A model generated the notes under the pieces. It searched no databases, was not told the DNA's origin, and saw only the letters and a list, made by a program, of their open reading frames with translations. Positions 56,569-64,000 of a stretch of 64,000 bases of DNA are shown here, one piece after another. The first letter of the stretch is position 1, and each line of letters begins with the position of its first letter. Where the stretch lies: NCBI GenBank assembly GCA_027491415.1, contig JAOZFH010000007.1:17266-81265 (forward strand). The letters are read 5' to 3'. The translations under genes and the position numbers were made by a program. This DNA comes from Thermoproteota archaeon. GTDB lineage: Archaea; Korarchaeota; Korarchaeia; Korarchaeales; Korarchaeaceae.

Positions 56569-56904
56569 TCACTCGAGCTCTATCTTGTCCTCCTCGATCC
56601 CCCACTCGTTCACGAGTATGTCCTTTACCTTCCTCCTGTGATCGCCCTGGAGGAGTATGTAACCCTCCTTGTAGGTCCCGCCGCAGGCGAGCTTGCTCTT
56701 GAGGTCCTTGAGAAGGCGCTTCATCATGTCCTTGGGAAGGTCGAGGCCCTCGATTATGGTGACGTGCTTGTGCCTCCTGCGCTCCGCCTTGATCCTGACG
56801 ATCTGCTGCTCCTTCTCAATCTCCTCCCAGGCAAGAAGATCGATCGGGAGTCCGGTGATAGGATCTCTGAGCCTCTCCCCTTCGATACTCTCTTCCATGA
56901 CCAC
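56569..56904 (-). CDS. Translation initiation factor SUI1/aIF1 homologue
   Basis: TIIEGL, LKSKLACGGT, LQGDHR. Confidence 0.92.
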   Translation of the reverse strand: MVMEESIEGERLRDPITGLPIDLLAWEEIEKEQQIVRIKAERRRHKHVTIIEGLDLPKDMMKRLLKDLKSKLACGGTYKEGYILLQGDHRRKVKDILVNEWGIEEDKIELE

Positions 56905-57002
56905 TTTCTGGCTCTCCCCCCTCGGGCAGAGAATAATAAGCTTGACTCAAAGACAGCCCGCTTGACACCAACTCCCCGAGCAGGGCGGAGTGCTACGCTC
57001 GC

Positions 57003-57728
57003 CTAAGGGCTTCTGGCGCCCCTCTTCTCCCTGATATCTCTGAGTATCGGCATGTCCCTCAGGGCCCCTTCCGATAGGAGTTCCCACTCAATGCGGGAAG
57101 GCTTCTTTCTCTTCGGGGCCCTGATGACCCTGGTAGGGGTCACTATCACGTCCACCGGGACGTCGTGGTCGGAGGAGAGGACCCGATCAACCACTTGGAG
57201 GTCGTGGACCGTCGTCACCACCGGCGTGTCCTGTGTGACCGCGCCCACCTCGCTCAAGATGGCGAACTCTAGGTCGGAGTACCCGTGCCCCTTACCGAGC
57301 CTGCTCCCGTCGGGGCTGACGGCCACGGACCCGACAACCTTCATGTCGACGCTGACGCTCCAGGGATCGACGGGTCGGCCGTAGCGGAACGCCCCCCTGA
57401 TGGTCGCTGCCCTTCGAAGTTCGCTCGGGGGGATCTCCCTCGGATCGAGGACTAGAAATCCCCTCCTCAGTCTGGGGGTGGCCATGACCACGACCTTCCC
57501 GTCGGCCAGCGCCATCCTTCTGACCGGGGCCTGGGGTGAGTCGGGGTTGCAGAAGATCACCCTCGCCTCTCGATACTCCGGGAGATTTCTCAGGTTCTCG
57601 GCAGCCCTCTCCGCGCCCTCGAAGTTGGGTATCCTACCCCTAATGGGCCTTGGGAACCTGGCGACACCCCTCTCTTCAAGTATCCTCCAAATCCACTCCC
57701 TCAGCGATGCCTTCTCGTCGACGCTCAG
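57003..57728 (-). CDS. 5-formyltetrahydrofolate cyclo-ligase family protein; start CTG 57728 or GTG 57782
   Basis: GRIPNF, NPDSPQ, TPRLR, GSVAV, GKGHGYSDLE, HDVPVDVIVTP. Confidence 0.85.
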   Translation of the reverse strand: MSVDEKASLREWIWRILEERGVARFPRPIRGRIPNFEGAERAAENLRNLPEYREARVIFCNPDSPQAPVRRMALADGKVVVMATPRLRRGFLVLDPREIPPSELRRAATIRGAFRYGRPVDPWSVSVDMKVVGSVAVSPDGSRLGKGHGYSDLEFAILSEVGAVTQDTPVVTTVHDLQVVDRVLSSDHDVPVDVIVTPTRVIRAPKRKKPSRIEWELLSEGALRDMPILRDIREKRGARSP

Positions 57729-58306
57729 TCGAACCAGCCCCCCGATGGAATACCATACCCGCGAAGTTCCTCCTCGAGCCACTCAAAGTTCTCGGATACC
57801 AGCCCCGCGAGCCACTCGTGTCCCTTCGCCAGTTCGAGGGCCTCCTCTAGGCAGGCTGCGCCGACCTCGCCCGCCCTGCGAAATCCCATTGAGGCGTATC
57901 TGGCTCCCTGGACGGCGGTGGCAAGTAGGTCCGAGACTCGGGCGACCAGCGCCTCTGGACTCCCCCCGGAGTTGAACTCCTCAACGAGCCGGAGCAGCTC
58001 GCCCTGAACCCTCAAGACCGACGCTGCCTCTGCGTCCATCGACCCGCACCGATCCTTGCTCCAGGGAGGCAGGTCTCCGGTAACCGCCTCAGGTAGATCG
58101 TGGACCGCGGCCATCGCCGCGGATCTGTCGGGGCTAATCGAGATTCCGCGCTCTTTGGCCTGCGACGCGAGGACCAGGGCTATGATCGATGCTTCGAAAG
58201 AGTGCGCCGCGACCGTCTCTCCCGCTGATGGTGGAACCGAGGACTGAGACCAACCAGTCCTAACGAGCGACTTCAGAGCCCCTAAGGCCTCTATCAGCCT
58301 CTTCAT
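57725..58306 (-). CDS. HD-domain hydrolase (YfbR/HDDC2-like)
   Basis: LKSLVRTGW, ETVAAHSF, HDLPEAVTGD, SPEA. Confidence 0.88.
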   Translation of the reverse strand: MKRLIEALGALKSLVRTGWSQSSVPPSAGETVAAHSFEASIIALVLASQAKERGISISPDRSAAMAAVHDLPEAVTGDLPPWSKDRCGSMDAEAASVLRVQGELLRLVEEFNSGGSPEALVARVSDLLATAVQGARYASMGFRRAGEVGAACLEEALELAKGHEWLAGLVSENFEWLEEELRGYGIPSGGWFD

Positions 58307-58359
58307 CCAGGCTAATCCAACAAGCCGAAATTTAAACGGGCCCCGGATTCGGGGGTCAG

Positions 58360-58938
58360 GTGCGGAGTCGGTCGAAGCCCGTCCACATCACGCTCCACCC
58401 CCTCGTGGACCCACTGACCAGACTGGCCCCGCCGTCTTGGCTCTTAGAGTTCCTACTGAAGAACATCCCTAGGGCGCTCGACTTCACGTCAGTCTCGCTC
58501 GGACCTTCCTTGGTGGCCCCCAAGTCCGCGTACAATTACCTCAGGGGTCAGTTCAGATCGAACCTGATCCTTGACTTCCTCAGGAGGAGGTCTAGGGTGG
58601 GAGAGCCCTTCGGGAAGGCCCTTGGCGTCATGGCGGCTGACGCCTACGAGGAGTCCCTAAACTTCGTCTTTGGACAGGCTGAGGTTGGGGGAACCTACGC
58701 CGTAATCTACTTGGATCGGCTCGCGGCGGGAGCGGACTCCAGGCTCCTCGCGGTGAGGGCCCTCAAGGAGGCCGTTCACGAACTCGGTCACACCTTGGGT
58801 CTGGGCCACTGCGACGACCCGAGGTGCGTCATGAGCTTCAGCAACTCGATCTCCGACGTGGACCGAAAGGGGTGGCGGCTCTGCACCAAGTGTGAGCGGT
58901 CAATCTCAGGCATGTCCTCACTGGCTGGGGGTGTCTAG
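58360..58938 (+). CDS. amzA: Archaemetzincin Zn metalloprotease
   Basis: NFVFGQA, KEAVHELGHTLGLGHC...CVMSFSNS...D.K...C..C. Confidence 0.92.
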   Translation: MRSRSKPVHITLHPLVDPLTRLAPPSWLLEFLLKNIPRALDFTSVSLGPSLVAPKSAYNYLRGQFRSNLILDFLRRRSRVGEPFGKALGVMAADAYEESLNFVFGQAEVGGTYAVIYLDRLAAGADSRLLAVRALKEAVHELGHTLGLGHCDDPRCVMSFSNSISDVDRKGWRLCTKCERSISGMSSLAGGV

Positions 58939-59197
58939 CTTGAGGGAGCTGGCCCGCCTCTCCGGAGAGTACTCCCTGCCGCTGGCTGAGGCAGTTAAGA
59001 GGGTTGTCTCCAAGCTCTTGGAAGCGGGCCACGACGTCGAGGTGAGTATCGAGGGTCCAGGAGTGGAGGTGAGGTTGAGGGAGCTCGGAGAGAGGAGGAT
59101 CGGATCCATAGTGATGGAGAGGACAGAGGTGCTCGCAGAGGGGGACTCGAAAGCGCTGGAGGTGGTTCGGAGATCCCTCATGCTTGGCGGCGGCTAG
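58931..59197 (+). CDS. Small hypothetical protein
   Basis: GTG overlapping amzA end; host-like codon usage. Confidence 0.5.
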   Translation: MSSLRELARLSGEYSLPLAEAVKRVVSKLLEAGHDVEVSIEGPGVEVRLRELGERRIGSIVMERTEVLAEGDSKALEVVRRSLMLGGG

Positions 59198-60581
59198 GCC
59201 CCCTGAGAAGAATTCGGACCTCGGGCATCACGTCGTCCCTGAGCCACTCCCAGGCTATCTCCCGCTTGGAAGCCCTGTGGGTCGGATAAGAGCCCAGTCC
59301 CAGTCGCAGGACCTCCAGAGCCCTCTCCACGCCCCCTCCAGTGGAGGCCACCTTCAGGAGCGTCTCTACGACGGGGGAGTCCGCCAGCAGGACCCCAGAG
59401 GCTTCGGCCTCCTCGATCACCTCGGAATCCAGCTCGCTCCTTCTCCCCACGAAGAAGAGGACCGGCACCACCTTTAGGCTGGTGGCGTAGGCCAGATCTT
59501 CAGCCCTCGAGCCGAGTATGGCCACCTTCTCCGGCTTGGGTGGGGCCACCGTGCACTCCACCAGAATGGCCCTGTCTCCCGAGACGGCCACGACGTCTGG
59601 GGAGTCGGACGGCATGTACCCCAGCCAGACCGGATCGAATCCAAGGACGTAGAGCAGGGAGAACACGGCAAACTCAAAGTTCCTGCCGTCCATCCTGTCG
59701 GCCTGCCTCAGCCAGGTCCTCAGCCTCCTGAGCCCGCGATCGAAGTGGCTGTAGACGGCCATCCTGGCCCCGGCGAGTATTCTCCGGGGTACCAGTGGGA
59801 CCTCGTCCACCGGCGCCCCGTCAAGGGTGAGCACGGCCGAGCCACCAACCGACCCAGAGAGGCGCAGACGCGCCCTCGACCTCACCAGCGAACCGGCCTT
59901 GGCAACCTCCTTCAGCCCCGCTCCCCCGTAATCACCCGGACTTTCGCCCCTCACTGCAGGGAGAAGCGATATCCTGCCAGAGAGGTCCTCGTGGTGTATT
60001 ACCGTCACTATCGCGTCCCTCCCAGAGAGCTTGACGTCGGTGATTCCGGCGTAGATGGGGAGCAGGAATCTGAGATACCCGCGACCGGGCCGCCACGCCG
60101 CGACCCCCTCCGGGATTATGACCTCCTGCCTCACTAGGGCGTCGAGGTCCTCGTAGGCCCTACCGTCCAGGACCACAGGCCCGATCTCGTTTGGGGGTCT
60201 CGTCGAGTTGGCCAGCTCCCCCACCACCAGGGGGAATGGAAACGCCCACACAACGGCCTGCAGCCACGGGGGCCTCTCAGACACGGTCGCCTCTGTGGGC
60301 CTGAGGTTCACCCTCGCGCCCGCCACGCTCACCTGTCCGGATGAGGCGGATTCCATGAGACCCTCGAGGATGTCGGGTCCGGTCACCTCCCTGATGAGGA
60401 CGAGGGAGTCCCCTAACCGGACCTTCTTCCTCCTCCCCGCCCTCCTGGTGGGGAGGGGGAGCACCCTGCCCGTCACGAGCTCAAGGAGAGACCCGCGCCT
60501 CGAGGCGAGCAGCCTGATGTCGAGGGATCGGTAGGTGCCCTCGACGCGCTCCATCAGCGTGTACAGCTCACTCCAGCCCAT
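59178..60581 (-). CDS. Hypothetical protein with C-terminal PD-(D/E)xK-type restriction-endonuclease-like domain
   Basis: GRNFEFAVFSLLYVLGF...SPDVVA...ILVECT pattern. Confidence 0.6.
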   Translation of the reverse strand: MGWSELYTLMERVEGTYRSLDIRLLASRRGSLLELVTGRVLPLPTRRAGRRKKVRLGDSLVLIREVTGPDILEGLMESASSGQVSVAGARVNLRPTEATVSERPPWLQAVVWAFPFPLVVGELANSTRPPNEIGPVVLDGRAYEDLDALVRQEVIIPEGVAAWRPGRGYLRFLLPIYAGITDVKLSGRDAIVTVIHHEDLSGRISLLPAVRGESPGDYGGAGLKEVAKAGSLVRSRARLRLSGSVGGSAVLTLDGAPVDEVPLVPRRILAGARMAVYSHFDRGLRRLRTWLRQADRMDGRNFEFAVFSLLYVLGFDPVWLGYMPSDSPDVVAVSGDRAILVECTVAPPKPEKVAILGSRAEDLAYATSLKVVPVLFFVGRRSELDSEVIEEAEASGVLLADSPVVETLLKVASTGGGVERALEVLRLGLGSYPTHRASKREIAWEWLRDDVMPEVRILLRGPSRRQA

Positions 60582-60644
60582 TTAACGAGAGGTTCAATTG
60601 AGCATTCTTATTAAAGGTTCCCCGCCCAGTCACCGGGGGCTGAG

Positions 60645-61823
60645 TTGGGCAGGCCCGCCGCGGAGAGGAGGGAGGAGGAGGTCAGGAAGGGACTCCGTGA
60701 GCTCCCGGAGGACCTGAGGGTCGCCCTGATCCGCTTCTACCAGGAGAGGAACCTGACTAAGGGGACGAGCAGGGCCCTCTACATCCACGCCTGCAAGGCC
60801 TTCATCCGAGAGATGGGAAAGAGCCCTCTCGAGGCTGGTGAGGAGGACTTCAGGGTGTTCCTGGAGAGGTTGAGGGCTAGGGGGCTGAGCGAGCGGACCG
60901 TCGCTACCTACATGGGTCACCTGAAGGCGATCCTGAGGTGGGCCAAGCCGGAGGAGAGCCCGCTGTCCTGGTGGAGGCCGCCCCGAAAGAGGTCGAGGGT
61001 TGAGAGGCTGAGGGATGAGCTCCTGAGCCCCGAGGAGGTCAAGGCCCTGGTCAAGGCGGCCCAGACCCCGAAGACCAAGGCCATGATCGCGGTGCTCTAC
61101 GAGGGGGCGCTGAGGGTCGGGGAGCTGTGCTCTCTCAGGATGAGGGACCTGGAGTTCACGGACTACGGGTTCAAGGTCAGGGTGAGGGGGAAGACCGGGG
61201 TCAGGACCATCCCGCTCGTCGACTCCGCGCCCTACCTGAGGGCGTGGCTGCAGGTCCACCCCGACCCCGGGGACCCGAACGCCCCCCTGTTCCCAAGCAC
61301 CTGGGGGGGTGGGATGAGCAGGATGTCGGAGGAGTCCGTGGCGGTCCTCGTGAGGCGCATAGCGAGGAGGGCGGGCATAGGCAAGAGGGTGCACCCCCAC
61401 ACGCTCAGGCACACCAGGCTGACCCACCTGGCAACCCAGCTCACCGAGCACGAGCTGAAGTCCTTCGCTGGGTGGGCCCAAGACTCGGGGATGGCGGCGG
61501 TCTACGTCCATCTGAGTGGCAGGGACGCGGAGAGAGCCATATTGAGGGCCTACGGTATAGAGAGGGCCGAGGAAGAGGAGAGGAAGAGGGTCCAGCCGCT
61601 CAAGCCCGAGGCCTGCCCAAACTGCGGGTACGTGAACCCTCAGGACGCGGAGTTCTGCCTGAGGTGCGGGTACCCGCTGAGCGAGAGGGCCAGGGAGGAG
61701 GCGATGAGGGGCAAGGAGCTGGTTGAGGCGGTCAAGAGGGCTCTGCTCTCTGACCCCAGGATCTCGGAGCTCCTGGTCAGGGCCCTGCGGCAGGTCTTGG
61801 AGGCCGAGGGGACTCGGGACTAG
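60645..61823 (+). CDS. Tyrosine recombinase/integrase with C-terminal Zn ribbon
   Basis: GALRVGEL (R), GKTG (K), HPHTLRH (HxxR), AGW, AVYVH (Y), CPNC...CLRC. Confidence 0.93.
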   Translation: MGRPAAERREEEVRKGLRELPEDLRVALIRFYQERNLTKGTSRALYIHACKAFIREMGKSPLEAGEEDFRVFLERLRARGLSERTVATYMGHLKAILRWAKPEESPLSWWRPPRKRSRVERLRDELLSPEEVKALVKAAQTPKTKAMIAVLYEGALRVGELCSLRMRDLEFTDYGFKVRVRGKTGVRTIPLVDSAPYLRAWLQVHPDPGDPNAPLFPSTWGGGMSRMSEESVAVLVRRIARRAGIGKRVHPHTLRHTRLTHLATQLTEHELKSFAGWAQDSGMAAVYVHLSGRDAERAILRAYGIERAEEEERKRVQPLKPEACPNCGYVNPQDAEFCLRCGYPLSERAREEAMRGKELVEAVKRALLSDPRISELLVRALRQVLEAEGTRD

Positions 61824-62044
61824 GGGAGGGGCCCCACCTCGGTCGGGTCCTCAGGGTGGGGCTGGTAACGCAGCCTGCACCCGGTCTGGTGGCCCCCGGC
61901 CCTCTCACCCACGGCCAGGACTGATGCGTTCGTTATTTTTCGAGTTTCGCGGGAGTTTCCTCCTGATCGGGACCAGTCAAGGCGAAGCTTCGCGCGTGTG
62001 AGACGCGAATAGGCCCGCCAATTATCAACAACTTTTAAGTAAAG

Positions 62045-62569
62045 TTGAGTAAAGAGGATCGGGTGGCCCCGGGGAGGCAGGATTCGGTGGGGATCACCTT
62101 GAGGAGGCGCAACATGCTCCTCTCCTTCATCAGGATGCTCGAGGAGAGGGGGATATTCAGGTTCGACCTGGACAGCTTCGAGTCCAGGCTCAGGCTGCAG
62201 AAGTACGTCTACCTGGCCAGGCCCTTCGGGCTGAGGCTGGGCTACGGGTACTCCCTCTACATAAGGGGGCCCTACTCCCCGGAGCTGGCCAGGGACTACT
62301 ATGCCCTGTCGGGGGACGTTGAGGGGGAGCCCCTACCAGAGGGGTTCAGGGCCGAGGAGTTCCTGGAGTTCGTGAGGGGAAGAGACGAGAGGTGGCTGGA
62401 GGCAGCTAGCACCCTGCTCATGCTGGCCGAGGAGAGCCCCGGAGACCTGGAGTGGGTCCTGTCTCGGACGAGTGAGCTGAAGCCCTGGGCCGACGAGGGT
62501 TGGCTCCGGGAGATACTGGAGGAGCTCCTGAAGTGGCGCCTCCTGCCTACGGGTTCTCCCCTATCCTGA
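62045..62569 (+). CDS. YwgA/SocA(Panacea)-like protein (start may be further downstream)
   Basis: RLRLQKYVYL...YSLYIRGPYSPEL...WLEAAST. Confidence 0.7.
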   Translation: MSKEDRVAPGRQDSVGITLRRRNMLLSFIRMLEERGIFRFDLDSFESRLRLQKYVYLARPFGLRLGYGYSLYIRGPYSPELARDYYALSGDVEGEPLPEGFRAEEFLEFVRGRDERWLEAASTLLMLAEESPGDLEWVLSRTSELKPWADEGWLREILEELLKWRLLPTGSPLS

Positions 62570-63047
62570 GCTTTCTCCTCCTTCTTCCCTCCTCCCCCAC
62601 CAGCTTCGCGTTCATCTCGTCAACGGCTCTTGACTTGATGACCTGCTGATCTGTGGTCACCAGCCGGATCGAGTCCGGGTCCAAGAGGGCGTGGGCTGTG
62701 ATGATCGAGTCCGCGTGCTCAATCTCGTAGTCCCTCTCGCGGATCTCCCCGGCGCACTCGCAGACCTCCTCATCGGGCCAGACGATCTTGGGGTCCAGCG
62801 CCTCGAACAGCTCGCGGAACCTGTGGACGGCCTCAACGGCCTCTGTCGGTTTAGGACGCTCCGCTATCCACAGGAGGACCTCGGCCAGAGCAGTGGAGGA
62901 GATCACGATCGTGGCGTTGCCCCTCTCTCGCTCCTTCCTGAGCCTGTAGACGACGCTGTGCCCGTACTCGTACTGGTCTCTGTCCGAGGTGTTCATGTAG
63001 GCTATGATCACGCTGGAGTCCAGGTGCGTCGTGCTTTTGTTCTCCAT
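62547..63047 (-). CDS. PIN-domain (VapC-like) ribonuclease
   Basis: LDSSVII, STALAE, ADSIITAHA, LVTTD acidic tetrad. Confidence 0.85.
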   Translation of the reverse strand: MENKSTTHLDSSVIIAYMNTSDRDQYEYGHSVVYRLRKERERGNATIVISSTALAEVLLWIAERPKPTEAVEAVHRFRELFEALDPKIVWPDEEVCECAGEIRERDYEIEHADSIITAHALLDPDSIRLVTTDQQVIKSRAVDEMNAKLVGEEGRRRRKLRIGENP

Positions 63048-63281
63048 CCTCGCCCTTCACGTCGCTTTGTCCTGATTCCCTTATTAAGGAGGTTCATATT
63101 TGTTGAGGGGTGCCTTTAGAAGAATCATCTCGGTATTTCCGCGCGGTTCTCTCCCCTAGCGGCCCCGCGCGCTCGAGACGCCCCTCTTGTGAGTTTTGTG
63201 AGCCTTTTGGACATGGGAGGTTTCGCTCGGTCAGGCTGGGTCGACACCCGAAGCAGAGTTCACCATCATGTTCAACCTCTT

Positions 63282-63609
63282 CCTGAAATTCCGGAACATC
63301 CTGACTTTCCGGGCCGGAGTCTCCGGAAGATCCGGTAAGCCAGGACTTCCGGAACCCCCTAAAGATGAGATGGTAGATCGCACCCCGAGAGAATGTCTGA
63401 CGCAGCTGCAACAGGCAGCCATCCGGGTCGGAACCCGAGCCTGAGGGAGGATGGGGTGCGCGCGTGGAGACGGGGGTCGATCCTCGCCCCCGTGGCAGCG
63501 GGGAGAACGTGCGTTACCACCTACCCACCCTCACCTCTGACGCAGCTGCAGCAGATATCGTAGGTCGGTGGACTTGGGTCCACCGGCCCCCCATATCCGA
63601 CGCAGCTGC
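63282..63609. repeat. Cluster of short imperfect repeats in non-coding DNA
   Basis: Four 13-mers ending TCCGG (63282, 63300, 63314, 63340); TCTGACGCAGCTGCA at 63396 and 63536; CCGACGCAGCTGC at 63597. Confidence 0.6.
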
Positions 63610-63715
63610 TGCGGACAAAATGCTCTGCAGTCACCGAGTTCCGGGTCATTTTGGGAGTTCGGTAAGCGCCTATGGGGAATTGAGGGTGTGGAAAAGGGTG
63701 ATTGGGCGGGCAGCG

Positions 63716-64000
63716 TCACTCTTGATCCCTTATGGCCTCTCTTAGAACCTCCTCCCTCTCCTCGATTACTTTGAGAAGGGACAGCGCCTCTTCCAGTAGA
63801 TATTCCTTTAGAGGCGTCTCCTTAGATATCCGTAGGAACGCTTTCAGAGCCTCCGTCAGGTCGATCTCCGCGGCCTCCCCATCGCAGGAGGAGTAGCGAG
63901 TCTCCCACCCGATGTTGTCCCGGAGGAAAACGCCGACGAACTCTTCCATCACCCGCCCCTCCCCAGCTTTTGAGAGTTCTTCCTCCGGAAGATAGAAGAT
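63716..64000 (-). CDS. Hypothetical protein, possibly 5'-truncated by window
   Basis: Frame open to the window end; GTG/ATG start near 63952 also possible. Confidence 0.5.
   Translation of the reverse strand: MFYLPEEELSKAGEGRVMEEFVGVFLRDNIGWETRYSSCDGEAAEIDLTEALKAFLRISKETPLKEYLLEEALSLLKVIEEREEVLREAIRDQE

Larger units (their letters stand above)
60645..64000. mobile_element. Probable edge of an integrated element/island (may also include 59178-60581; continues past window)
   Basis: Integrase, TA-like genes, long repeat-rich non-coding DNA. No att site or tRNA identified. Confidence 0.5.

Noticed and set aside
61880-61910. Minus-strand CCGGGGGCCACCA as a tRNA-derived att site
   Set aside because: Too short, no T-arm, and no matching tRNA in the window.
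63282-63609. Repeat cluster as a CRISPR array
   Set aside because: Units are 13-15 bp with irregular spacing, and no cas genes are present.

Overview
GC-rich archaeal chromosomal segment. The archaeal call rests on TTTTAA-type TATA boxes, GGAGG/GGTGA ribosome-binding sites, IorAB, ADP-forming acyl-CoA synthetase, archaemetzincin and SUI1. The gene mix (Smc-ScpAB, a tubulin/FtsZ paralogue, a Rab-like GTPase, a crenarchaeal-type KaiC-like ATPase) suggests a thermophilic peptide-fermenting lineage, possibly Korarchaeia-like; that placement is inference only. Most of the window is amino-acid/peptide catabolism and transport: two complete Dpp/Opp ABC operons, IorAB, two AcdA, M20 hydrolases, an aminotransferase and a carbamate kinase. 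Two loci stand out. (1) 14163-17083 is a tight four-gene operon of a Zn-binding protein, two paralogous methyltransferase-fold proteins with eroded SAM-binding motifs, and a Rab/Roc-like small GTPase, a candidate undescribed signalling module. (2) 46539-53971 is a run of mostly overlapping genes: membrane-anchored HTH protein, an unusually short Smc, ScpA, ScpB, a coiled-coil/winged-helix/Pro-rich protein and a divergent tubulin/CetZ-like GTPase, a candidate condensin-plus-cytoskeleton segregation system. Also seen: probable non-canonical ATC/CTG start codons, an exact 88-bp repeat shared by two ABC ATPase genes, and the edge of a probable integrated element (tyrosine recombinase, REase-like gene, YwgA/Panacea-like and PIN genes, iteron-like repeats). 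No rRNA, tRNA or CRISPR array was recognised. All calls come from motif reading, not database searches.
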